Assembly: GCA_017881705.1 (NCBI GenBank)
Contig: JADGQP010000056.1
Span: forward strand, 1 to 38,426
DNA length: 38,426 nt
Source of the DNA: Christensenellaceae bacterium
GTDB lineage: Bacteria > Bacillota > Clostridia > Christensenellales > Aristaeellaceae
Direction of reading: 5' to 3'
Part shown: positions 25,159 through 33,608 of the stretch, piece by piece
Position numbering within the stretch: position 1 is the stretch's first letter
Layout: the number at the start of each line of letters is the position of its first letter
Notes under the pieces: generated by a model
Databases searched by the model: none
Seen by the model: only the letters and a program-made list of their open reading frames with translations
Told to the model about the DNA's origin: nothing
Translations under genes and position numbers: made by a program

Positions 25159-26514
25159 GTGATCCGAGTGATGCTGGTGGACGATGAACCTTTTGCCCTG
25201 GAAGGGCTGAAATTGCTCATTGATTGGCGGTCGGAGGGGTTTGAGGTTTGCGCGGAATGTTCCAGCGGCGCCGAGGCGCTCCGTCGCCTTCCGCTGGATC
25301 GCCCCGAGCTGATCGTAACGGACATCCGTATGGCGGGCGTAGATGGGCTGGAACTGATCAGCTCCGCCAAACGGCAGGGGTTTAACGGTCAATTCGTTAT
25401 CGTCAGCGGATACGGCGATTTTGAGTACGCTAAAAGCGCGCTGGCGCTGGGCGCGGCCGGTTACCTGCTCAAACCCGTGGAACCCGAGGAAGCCTCCGCC
25501 GTGCTTACGCACGTGCGGCGCAGGCTTTTTGAAAGGGAAACGACCCTCTCGGAAAAGCGCGCGGCCTTTACACAAGCCGTTTCATCCTTGCTTTGCGGCA
25601 TGCCTGCGGACGCGGTTCCGGCAGGCGGTTGGTGGCGGGTAGCCACCTGGGGCGCGCCGCTGTGTCACGGGGATATGCAGCGCGTGCTTTCCGTCTATGC
25701 GGAAGGCGCGGCCGGCACATGCATTCTGGAAGATAAGGAATATCTGGTCGTCCATTGGCAGGATGAAAATGCCGAGCCGGAATGGGAAACCGTAAAAGCG
25801 ATTTTAAAAGAGCGCCATAGTCACCTGCTGCAGAGCGACCGCACCGACGACCCTTCGCGGCTGGCCGCGCTTCGCGCGCATCTGGCCGCGCAGCTGGATA
25901 CCTCCTGCGGCGCGCTTGCCGAACGCGTGGCCGTGCTTACACGCGCAGTGGCTCTTCGGCAATCGGGCGAATGCCAGGCGCGCTGTGCTGAACTGGAAAC
26001 TTTTTGCGCCGCCTGTGGGGCGGATGCAAAGACACGCGCCCGTCAGCAGTTGGTTACGGAGTGCGCGCAGCAGTTTGCCAAGCAGCCCGAGAAGTTCGCC
26101 GAGTTTTTAACGGCGCAGGACGCGGATCTGGAAGCGATATGCACGCTTGCCATTCGCCTGCTGGCGCCGGAACAGGAACGCCTGAGTGACCGCGTGGCCG
26201 AATACGTGAAAACGCACGCCGAAGAACGTCTTACCGTAGAAAACGTCGCCTCGGCGCTGGGTTACAACGCCACCTACCTTGGCAGGGTATTTCGCGACGA
26301 AACGGGAACCGCCTTTCGGGAATGGCTGGCTGCATTGCGAATAGAGCGCGCGGCGCTTCTGCTATATCGCACGGATGAGAATGTTTGCGTGATCGCCGAA
26401 CGGGTAGGCTATTCGCAGTATAAGCGCTTCCTCAAGCATTTTAAGCGCCGTTACGGGCTTACGCCGGAACAATACCGCCGACAGAACCAGGCGATGCCCG
26501 CAACGGGGAAATAA
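25159..26514 (+). CDS. Response regulator with receiver and AraC-type HTH domains (YesN-like), copy 2
   Basis: 451 aa. GTG 25159 lies 4 nt after the kinase stop, behind GGAGGAGGG. REC motifs are DDEP, LIVTDIRMAGVDG and YLLKP. The C-terminal AraC HTH includes YLGRVFRDETG and YKRFLKHFKRRYGLTPEQYRR. Confidence 0.85.
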   Translation: MIRVMLVDDEPFALEGLKLLIDWRSEGFEVCAECSSGAEALRRLPLDRPELIVTDIRMAGVDGLELISSAKRQGFNGQFVIVSGYGDFEYAKSALALGAAGYLLKPVEPEEASAVLTHVRRRLFERETTLSEKRAAFTQAVSSLLCGMPADAVPAGGWWRVATWGAPLCHGDMQRVLSVYAEGAAGTCILEDKEYLVVHWQDENAEPEWETVKAILKERHSHLLQSDRTDDPSRLAALRAHLAAQLDTSCGALAERVAVLTRAVALRQSGECQARCAELETFCAACGADAKTRARQQLVTECAQQFAKQPEKFAEFLTAQDADLEAICTLAIRLLAPEQERLSDRVAEYVKTHAEERLTVENVASALGYNATYLGRVFRDETGTAFREWLAALRIERAALLLYRTDENVCVIAERVGYSQYKRFLKHFKRRYGLTPEQYRRQNQAMPATGK

Positions 26515-26710
26515 CGTTTCCGGATGCGCCGTAAGGCGTCGCCAAAGGTGCCCATGCTATTCCGCTCGTTTCTCAATTCAGCCGTTGGTGCGAAAATTAA
26601 CGCCACTCACGGCTCCTTGTCCCAGGTGAAAAAACCTGGTCAAAGGCTTATGCGTTGTAAAAAACTTAAAAGCCCCCACAGGAAGAACACAGGAGAGCGG
26701 CCGCAAACCG

Positions 26711-27628
26711 TCAGCCTTTTACGCTGCCCACATTCAGCCCCACCACAAAATAACGCTGTAAAAAGGGATAGATTGCCACAATGGGCGCGGCGGAAACCAC
26801 CGTAATGGCCGCGCGGATGGTGACGGGCGTGGTGTTGGTGGTGCTGGCTGCGGCGTCCGCACTGGTCATCGCCGCGTTTGCGCTGTTGGTGGTTGTGGCC
26901 AGCTTCATTTTAAGCAGGTATTGGAGGGTATGAAGGTTGACTTTACTGGCATTATACAGGTGAGTATCGAACCAGCTGTTCCAAGCGCCCACCGCCACGA
27001 AAAGCGCCACCGTCGCAAGCACCGGCGTACAGAGCGGGAAAATGATCTTCCAAAACAGGTGAAAATCCCCCGCGCCATCGATGCGCGCCGATTCCACAAG
27101 CGCGTCCGGCAGGCCCAGAATAAACGTGCGTGTAACGATCATATTAAAGCAGGAAAGCATGGTGGGGATAATATAAACCCAAAAGCTCTTGCTCAGGCCC
27201 AGCGTGCGCTGGATTAAAAGGTAGTTTGGGATGAGGCCGGCGTTGATGTACATGGTCAACACGAACGCTGTGGTGATGAATTTCCGCAGCACGTATTCAC
27301 GCCGGCTCAGCGCGTAAGCAAGCATGGAGGTCAGCACGACGTTGATTACCGTTTGGATCACTGTGCGCGCGATTGTGATGAAGAAAGCATTGAAGATGAT
27401 TTCATCCGAAAAAATGGTTTCATAGCTTTTCAAGCTGAACTGTCTGGGCCACAGGCCGATACCGCCGCGTACGGCGTCGGTGCCGTCGTTAAAGGAAATG
27501 GCGACGGTATTGAGCACTGGATACAGCGTGATAAACACAATCAATATCATCACAGTCCCGTTCACAAGCGGGAAAATCGGCAGTTTCTTATGGTTTTTAT
27601 GCCGAACCCGTAAGGATGTATCCGTCAT
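26711..27628 (-). CDS. Carbohydrate ABC transporter permease (LplC/YtcP-like, CUT1)
   Basis: 305 aa, multi-TM. GAGGAGG RBS. EAA-loop-like segment ALVESARIDGAGDFHLFWKIIFP. Confidence 0.88.
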   Translation of the reverse strand: MTDTSLRVRHKNHKKLPIFPLVNGTVMILIVFITLYPVLNTVAISFNDGTDAVRGGIGLWPRQFSLKSYETIFSDEIIFNAFFITIARTVIQTVINVVLTSMLAYALSRREYVLRKFITTAFVLTMYINAGLIPNYLLIQRTLGLSKSFWVYIIPTMLSCFNMIVTRTFILGLPDALVESARIDGAGDFHLFWKIIFPLCTPVLATVALFVAVGAWNSWFDTHLYNASKVNLHTLQYLLKMKLATTTNSANAAMTSADAAASTTNTTPVTIRAAITVVSAAPIVAIYPFLQRYFVVGLNVGSVKG

Positions 27629-27641
27629 ATTGTCCGCCTCC

Positions 27642-28616
27642 TCACAGCAGCGTATCCTCGCCCAGACGCTTAGCGGTAAAGTTCGCGCTCAGCATCAGGA
27701 CGATGGAAACGACGCTCTTAAAAATACCGGCGGCGATGGCCCTGCTGTATTGTCCCTTGGTGATTCCGTATTTCAGGGCAAAAATATCAATCGTCTGCGA
27801 CCAGTCCATCACCACGTTCTGGCCCATGAGGTATTGAATCTCAAAACCGGCTTCCATTAAATAGCCGATGTTCATCACCAACAGCACCAGGAAAGTGCTC
27901 TTGATGCCCGGCAGCGTGATATGAAGCATTTTCTTAAAACGACCCGCGCCATCCATATCCGCCGCCTCGTAAAGTGCAGGATCAATGGCGCTCATCGAGG
28001 CCAGATAGATAATGGTGTTCCACCCGCACTCTTTCCACAGGTTGATCACACCCACCAGCCACCAGAAATACTTGCCTTCGCCCAGGAAGAAAACGGGAGC
28101 CTTTACCAAGCCCAACGAGAGCAGCAGCTTGTTTACCGCACCGTCGCTTGAGAAAATGGTCTGCGCAATGCCCACGACGATAACCCAGCTTAAAAAGTGC
28201 GGCAAATAGGTAATGGTTTGCACGGTACGTTTAAAATGCATGGTACGGATTTCGTTGAGGAAAAGCGCCATCAGGATGGGGAACACAAACCCGAACACAA
28301 GGTTGATGGCAGCCATGGCGAACGTGTTGCGAATCGCGCCGATGAATTCCGGCTTGCTGAAGAGCCACACGAAGTTTTTCATGCCCACCCATTCGTTTTC
28401 GAAAAGGGGTTTGGCAGGGTTGTAATTCATAAAGGCCGTGATCCAGCCCCAGAGCGGGAAATAATTGAATAAAAAAATGTATAGGAGCATCGGCACGCTC
28501 ATCAGCATGAGTTGTCTTTGCATCCAAAGCCTTTTCCCAAAGGAAACCGGCCGGATTCTCAAGTCTTTCTTCACTGCCGCGGTTGTTTCCGCGTTAGCGC
28601 TGCGCACAGGGCACAC
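27642..28616 (-). CDS. Carbohydrate ABC transporter permease (LplB-like, CUT1)
   Basis: 324-aa ORF. The exact start is uncertain; GTG 28607, 9 nt after GAGGT, is plausible. EAA-loop-like segment YEAADMDGAGRFKKMLHITLP. Confidence 0.85.
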   Translation of the reverse strand: MCPVRSANAETTAAVKKDLRIRPVSFGKRLWMQRQLMLMSVPMLLYIFLFNYFPLWGWITAFMNYNPAKPLFENEWVGMKNFVWLFSKPEFIGAIRNTFAMAAINLVFGFVFPILMALFLNEIRTMHFKRTVQTITYLPHFLSWVIVVGIAQTIFSSDGAVNKLLLSLGLVKAPVFFLGEGKYFWWLVGVINLWKECGWNTIIYLASMSAIDPALYEAADMDGAGRFKKMLHITLPGIKSTFLVLLVMNIGYLMEAGFEIQYLMGQNVVMDWSQTIDIFALKYGITKGQYSRAIAAGIFKSVVSIVLMLSANFTAKRLGEDTLL

Positions 28617-28664
28617 ACCTCGCTTGGGTCAAAATCAGGGTACGCACGGTTTTGGCCGCCTAAT

Positions 28665-28699
28665 AACAGCGGCGGGAGGAGAACCCTCCCGCCGCTGTT
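28665..28699 (-). terminator. Perfect 15-bp GC-rich hairpin between the SBP and permease genes
   Basis: aacagcggcgggagg (28665-28679) is the exact reverse complement of cctcccgccgctgtt (28685-28699), with a 5-nt loop. It starts 13 nt after the SBP stop and has no clean U-tract. Confidence 0.55.
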
Positions 28700-28711
28700 T
28701 CCGGGATGATA

Positions 28712-30364
28712 TCAGGAGTTTTTGGCAACCAGATCGAGGATTTGCTGCTGCATGAAGTCCACGAAATCCGAGATGGGAATGGCGTTCACGGAGTCTACGA
28801 ATTTCTGCCATGTCGCGTCGAATTCGCTTGCGTCACACATAATCACCTGCGGCAGCATCTTGCGTTCGGTATCCTGGAACGCCGCCTTGGCATCGTTGGC
28901 TGCCTGATCCACGGTTACGTCGATCTGCCAGGCTTCGCCGTAGGGCGCCAGCGTGATCGGCTTGTTAAAGAAGTCCAGCGGCCGCTTCATGTTGTAATGG
29001 GCCAGGAAATCCTTGTCGTAATCGTTCATCTGGAGGTAGTAGTTCTCCGGCTGAACCGCGGGATCCCAAGAGTTGCCGTCGTCCATCTTGCCCTGTTTCT
29101 TGGGCATGGAGTTGGTAAGCACGTAGGCGCTGTTGGCGTTCTTCCACACCGCATTGGCAGCGTCTTGGATCTGGTCGTACGTGCGTACCATACGCCCGTT
29201 CTCCACGCTGTAATCTTCGCCCTCGATGCCCCACCAAACGATCTTCTGCCAATCGTCGCTGAGCATCTTTTCCATAAACTGCACCAGGCGCTCGGGATAC
29301 TGGCAGTTTACGCTGATGCCGAAGCCGCGGTTTACGTTGATAACGGTACCGTTGAGGTAGTGCTCGGTAATCGGTTTGCCGGCCTCCGCTTCTGTGTACA
29401 CGATGGGCAGTCCCTGGTAAGTGCTGTCAAACATCTCGGCGGCCGTCAGCGCGTCGGTGGCGGTTTGGAAGTCCCAGGTCTGGTCGAACATGCCGACCAC
29501 GGTGCCGCTGGAGAGTTTGGCGATGTACTGGTCGTAGTTCATCACGAACGTATCCTGGGAGATCAGGCCCTTGTGATACAGTTCGTTGAGCTTCTTATAG
29601 TACGGTTTGGCGTAATCCTGAATCACATACGCCTCGGTCTTATAGTTGTTGTCGATATCCACGATAACGTCGCCGTCGTTGGGACGGCCCATCAGGTGCT
29701 GCACAGGGTTGAACAGGCAGAACGCGCGCCAGCTGTCGCACAGGATGGCGAAGCCCTCGTTGGCCTGTCCCTTGTCGTTGGTCGGGTTGGCGGCCACGTA
29801 CTTCTCGATAATGTCAAAGTACTCGTCCATGGTCTTGATTACGGGGTAGCCCGCCCAGGCCAGCACTTTCTTTTGCAGGAAGAATGCGGGGCCGTTGACG
29901 TAGTTCATGCCGTATTCTTCGGTGTTGTAGTAGCGGCCGTAGTTGGGGATGATGAACAGCTGCCCCTTATCGTTGAGGAGGCGCTTAAGGTAGGGCTGGA
30001 TGTAATTGTAGATGTTGGGGGTCTTTTCTTCGCTGATGTAGGGCATCAAGTCGATCAGAGCACCAGCGGAGATGAGTTTCTCTGCGCTGTTGCCGCCGTC
30101 CATCAGGTCGGCGTAGTCTTGTCCGGCGATTTTCACGCCCAGCGTTTCGTCCAGGTCGCCCGCGAGGAATTCAAACTCGAACTTGAGGCCGAATTCTTCC
30201 TCGATCTTTTTGAAGATCTTGTTGTCGGACGCGGGCTGGTCGCGCGGGTCACCGATGAACACCGACACGGTGATCGGGTCCTGAGCGGAATCGGCCATCG
30301 CGGGAATCGCGATTACGGTGGCCAGCATCACCAACGCCATAAACAGGGAAACAAGTTTACGCAT
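28712..30364 (-). CDS. Large extracellular solute-binding protein (LplA-like, oligosaccharide CUT1 SBP)
   Basis: Track ORF 28712..30409. I moved the start to ATG 30364 (MRKLVSLFMALVMLATVIAIPAMADS...) after AGGAGGAGGAAAATAC. 550 aa. The signal peptide has no lipobox Cys. Confidence 0.85.
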   Translation of the reverse strand: MRKLVSLFMALVMLATVIAIPAMADSAQDPITVSVFIGDPRDQPASDNKIFKKIEEEFGLKFEFEFLAGDLDETLGVKIAGQDYADLMDGGNSAEKLISAGALIDLMPYISEEKTPNIYNYIQPYLKRLLNDKGQLFIIPNYGRYYNTEEYGMNYVNGPAFFLQKKVLAWAGYPVIKTMDEYFDIIEKYVAANPTNDKGQANEGFAILCDSWRAFCLFNPVQHLMGRPNDGDVIVDIDNNYKTEAYVIQDYAKPYYKKLNELYHKGLISQDTFVMNYDQYIAKLSSGTVVGMFDQTWDFQTATDALTAAEMFDSTYQGLPIVYTEAEAGKPITEHYLNGTVINVNRGFGISVNCQYPERLVQFMEKMLSDDWQKIVWWGIEGEDYSVENGRMVRTYDQIQDAANAVWKNANSAYVLTNSMPKKQGKMDDGNSWDPAVQPENYYLQMNDYDKDFLAHYNMKRPLDFFNKPITLAPYGEAWQIDVTVDQAANDAKAAFQDTERKMLPQVIMCDASEFDATWQKFVDSVNAIPISDFVDFMQQQILDLVAKNS

Positions 30365-30421
30365 GTATTTTCCTCCTCCTATTGAATTTGGCATGCCGGA
30401 AGCAGCCATTTCATTGTTCTT

Positions 30422-30449
30422 AGGATATCATGCCTTTTCACGCTGTAAA
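30422..30449 (-). promoter_or_regulatory. Possible promoter of the lplABC-like operon
   Basis: On the minus strand, TTTACA (30449..30444), a 16-nt spacer, then TG-n-TATCCT (30427..30422). The -10 hexamer is weak, so this may need an activator. Confidence 0.35.
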
Positions 30450-30530
30450 ATGCCCCGTGTAAGACCACTTGCCAGAAAAAATATAGTTTTCCAAATTTTC
30501 TTTCGATTGCCAGCGGTCTTTGCGGTGCGC

Positions 30531-31631
30531 TCACGCGAGGGGGAGGTATCGACCCGCCAACATCATCAGGCAGAAGAAATACAGGCAGTTGTCGTAATAC
30601 CGACGTTCGCCCGTTCTGGGCGGCGTTTGCCAAAACCGACGCACCCATTGCCGGCTTAGCGCGCCGTCTGTCGCCAGCGACGCGGCGGCTGTGGTTGCCA
30701 CCAGCGCCGTGGGATGCAGCGCGGGCGGCTGCTTGGCTTCTCCCTCGATAGTGTAGGTCATAAAGGGGTCTTTGTCCCACAAAAACGCCTGCAGCCGGCT
30801 GGCGATCGCCGCGTATTCGGGCCGTTTGCCGTTCCACGCGCTATCCAGGCCGATGTTCATGGCCACACGGTACGCGTCGCTGAAAAAAGCACCGTGACCG
30901 CGGATGATCTCGGGCGATCCGTCGTAATGCGCGTATTCAGCGGCCAGGCCGGTTACGGGGTGGCAGGCTTTTACCAGATAGGCGCGGCTCGCGTCCGCCG
31001 CGCGCCGCCAAAACGGGCGATCCGCCTCGTCAGCCAGGAGTGCGAAGCGCTCATAAAAGTGCGGCAAATGGTAGCTTGGGTCGCTGAAATGCAGTTCGGG
31101 CACGAATTTAATCAGCGCCGTTTCCGTATCCCACATGGGCTGACCGCCCGCTGCCAGCTCATGCTGGTGTAAGGCGTGTCGCAATATCGTGCGGGCCTGC
31201 GCCGCGTAGTTGAACGGGATTTCCCACTCGCCCCAGCGTGCCGCGGCAAAGAACAGCGCCATGGCGTAATACTCTTCCCCATCCGGCGCGGGTCCGTCGC
31301 TGTTGTGTTTTCCTTGCGGCGTAACCGACCAGGCGAAATACCCTGTATAAGGGCCTGTTTCATTATACATATACTTGTAACTGAACGTCCACAGTCGGTC
31401 AAACAGATCCTTACGGTTCATCAGCACAGCCATCATCATGCCATAACTCATGCCTTCGGTACGCGCGTCGAAATTGCCGGTGTCCAGCATGTATCCGGCG
31501 TCCGTGCCGGACTCGAAATAAAAACGCTCGTGAGGATCCGAAAAAATCAAACGGAATGTTTCTTCGATCCGACTGTCGATCTCCGTTTGGGGGATGCCGC
31601 AAGTCAGCAGTAAATTAGGGGTCTTTTCCAT
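30531..31631 (-). CDS. GH8 reducing-end xylose-releasing exo-oligoxylanase (Rex-like)
   Basis: 366 aa. It is closely collinear with my recollection of Bacillus halodurans Rex: LDTGNFDARTEGMSYGMMMAV, GYFAWS, GPAPDGEEY, FSDPSYHLPHFYE, FFSDAYRVAMNIGLD, RRYYDNCLY. Confidence 0.88.
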   Translation of the reverse strand: MEKTPNLLLTCGIPQTEIDSRIEETFRLIFSDPHERFYFESGTDAGYMLDTGNFDARTEGMSYGMMMAVLMNRKDLFDRLWTFSYKYMYNETGPYTGYFAWSVTPQGKHNSDGPAPDGEEYYAMALFFAAARWGEWEIPFNYAAQARTILRHALHQHELAAGGQPMWDTETALIKFVPELHFSDPSYHLPHFYERFALLADEADRPFWRRAADASRAYLVKACHPVTGLAAEYAHYDGSPEIIRGHGAFFSDAYRVAMNIGLDSAWNGKRPEYAAIASRLQAFLWDKDPFMTYTIEGEAKQPPALHPTALVATTAAASLATDGALSRQWVRRFWQTPPRTGERRYYDNCLYFFCLMMLAGRYLPLA

Positions 31632-31649
31632 ACATCGTACCCTCCGAAA

Positions 31650-33467
31650 CTATAGTCTGTCTTTTTCGTCCCTTACGCCGGATAAACGGTAGAAGAAATT
31701 GCAGATGACATCCCGCCATTCGCAGGCGTTAGTGATCTGCTTTTCCATCCGTTCCCAAACGGTCTGATAAACTTCCTCCGGCAAAACCGCGGAAAGCGTT
31801 TGGATTTTATCCGCCATCTGCCGCGTTTCCCAAACGCCCTCCATGTGGTTGTCGTATATACGCTGGATCAGCGTTCGGCCGTCCCGCATCCGGTAACCGT
31901 AGGGCAGACGGTGAAAAAACAGCAGCAGCTTTTCCGGACACGTCGCCGGATCACGGTAGCGCGCCTGCAGCGCGGGCGGGTATTGCAGCAGGTAGCCTGT
32001 GCCGCGCTCGGTCCGGTCCACGCCAACGGCTTCCCGGTCCGCGCGGTGGTAGGTACCCCATGCGGAATACTCATACCCCATGGGGCTTGGGCCGTAGTGA
32101 TGCCCGGGGTTCACCATCCAGCCTAAACCCAGGGGCGCAGTGTATTTTTCATAAATCTCACGGCTGAGCAGCAAACTATCCGTAAGCGTTTGCAGGGGCA
32201 CCCCCTGAAGCGAATACGTCAGTTGCGCCCACAGGCGCGTCACCGTTTTGAACGAGCTCATCGGCTGCCAGGCCATAAGCCCGAAAGCGAACAGGTTCAG
32301 CTGCGCGAACGGGTGCCCCGTCCAGCATCGGCTCAGGCCGGTGTTGGCCACCGCTGCTACGCCGCTTAGAGTTCCTCGGGGCAGATCGGCCGATATTTCA
32401 TCCCACATGCCCTGCATGGCATACAGATCAATCTGCTGTCCGGTATATTCCTGCGTCAGCTGCACTTCCATCGCCTTGGCGGTGTGCGGCATAACCAGCA
32501 GCAGCGGCGAAATCGGCTCCCGAACCTGAAAATCGAAAGGCCCGTGCTTCATTTGCAGCAACACGTTGTCCTCAAACTGCCCATCCAAATCAGCGAAGTT
32601 TTCATAGGCCGCCATAGGGCGGTCGGTGTGGGTATCCCGCCAATCCTGGAGGCAGTTATAAACGAAACAACGCCAAACAACCCTGCCGCCAAAGGGTTTC
32701 AGCGCGCGTGCAAGCAGGTTGGCTCCCTGCGCATGGCTGCGGCCGTAAGCGTACGGCCCGGGTCGGTTTTCCGAGTCCGCCTTCACCAAAAAGCCGAACA
32801 GCGAAGGCACGTACCGGTAAATCAGCGCCGCACGCTCCCGCCACCAAGCCTGCACACGATCATCCAACGGGTCGGCGGTCGGCACGCCATAGGAAAGCGG
32901 CATCGAAAAATCCACCGAGACCATCAGGCGAACGCCAAAAACGCTGAATGCTTCAGCCAGTTCCGCCACCTTGGGCAAAAAACGTTCGGTAATCAGCTCC
33001 TGCGCGCAAGGCTGAACGTTGATATTGTTCAGACATACCACGTTGATGCCAACGGAAGAAAGCAGGCGCGCGTAGGCTCGCAGGCGCGGCCAATCTTTCG
33101 AAAAGTCGCCATTGTCAAAGAAAAGTGACTTCCCCGCGTATCCGCGCTCCACCGACCCGTCAAGATTGTCCCAATGGTCGAGCATCCGGAACGGATAAGC
33201 GGGCGCGCGCATCCCCACGGGCAGCGGAAGCCCTACACGGCGGTTGAACAGCAGGCGGTGCGCCCCGTAAAGCACGCCTGTTTCCCCGCCCATAATCCGG
33301 CAGCCTTCCGGCCCGTCAGTAATTTCGTAAGCATCGCCCAGTTGCGGTTGAACGGACAGGGCGCTTTCCACGTTTTGCTGTTCCAGTTCCCAGCGAGCCG
33401 CCTGCGCGGGGGAGCGCAGTGTTTCCGGCACATCCGCCGCCGGAAGCCAGCAAGGTTCCCAGTTCAT
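31650..33467 (-). CDS. aguA: GH67 alpha-glucuronidase
   Basis: Track ORF 31650..33485. I moved the start to ATG 33467 (MNWEPCWL...), 8 nt after AGGAGG. Motif RMLDHWDNLDGSVERGYAGKSLFF is typical of GH67. 605 aa. Confidence 0.88.
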   Translation of the reverse strand: MNWEPCWLPAADVPETLRSPAQAARWELEQQNVESALSVQPQLGDAYEITDGPEGCRIMGGETGVLYGAHRLLFNRRVGLPLPVGMRAPAYPFRMLDHWDNLDGSVERGYAGKSLFFDNGDFSKDWPRLRAYARLLSSVGINVVCLNNINVQPCAQELITERFLPKVAELAEAFSVFGVRLMVSVDFSMPLSYGVPTADPLDDRVQAWWRERAALIYRYVPSLFGFLVKADSENRPGPYAYGRSHAQGANLLARALKPFGGRVVWRCFVYNCLQDWRDTHTDRPMAAYENFADLDGQFEDNVLLQMKHGPFDFQVREPISPLLLVMPHTAKAMEVQLTQEYTGQQIDLYAMQGMWDEISADLPRGTLSGVAAVANTGLSRCWTGHPFAQLNLFAFGLMAWQPMSSFKTVTRLWAQLTYSLQGVPLQTLTDSLLLSREIYEKYTAPLGLGWMVNPGHHYGPSPMGYEYSAWGTYHRADREAVGVDRTERGTGYLLQYPPALQARYRDPATCPEKLLLFFHRLPYGYRMRDGRTLIQRIYDNHMEGVWETRQMADKIQTLSAVLPEEVYQTVWERMEKQITNACEWRDVICNFFYRLSGVRDEKDRL

Positions 33468-33491
33468 AGTAAGATCCTCCTGCATGCTGCG

Positions 33492-33520
33492 ATCATATCA
33501 TTGCCGCGGTATTTTGCCAA
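33492..33520 (-). promoter_or_regulatory. Sigma-A-like promoter of aguA and the GH8 gene
   Basis: On the minus strand, TTGGCA (33520..33515), a 17-nt spacer, then TG-n-TATGAT (33497..33492). The predicted leader is only about 18 nt. Confidence 0.55.
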
Positions 33521-33570
33521 TGGTCGTTTCCAAAGACGCAGCATGAAAAACTATGCCGTTGCCCAGCGTC

Positions 33571-33598
33571 TTGTTTCATCCTTAAAATCTGATATAAT
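33571..33598 (+). promoter_or_regulatory. Sigma-A-like promoter of the flippase-mazG unit
   Basis: TTGTTT (33571-33576), a 16-nt spacer, then TG-n-TATAAT (33593-33598). Confidence 0.55.
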
Positions 33599-33608
33599 AA
33601 ACCGGTAA

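Noticed and set aside
26515-26710. 196-nt convergent gap after RR2 and the LplC-like gene, including track ORF 26524..26805
   Set aside because: The ORF has no RBS, is Arg/Lys/Pro-rich junk and overlaps the permease 3' end. I found only weak hairpins (CCAGGT/ACCTGG at 26622-26639, and GCGCC-GTAA-GGCGT near 26527-26540) without U-tracts, so I call no terminator.
28706-30385. 559-aa plus-strand ORF antisense to the LplA-like SBP gene
   Set aside because: This is the same shadow-ORF artefact. It has no RBS and a junk-like Val/Gly/His/Asp composition. The minus strand has a proper signal peptide, an RBS and operon context.
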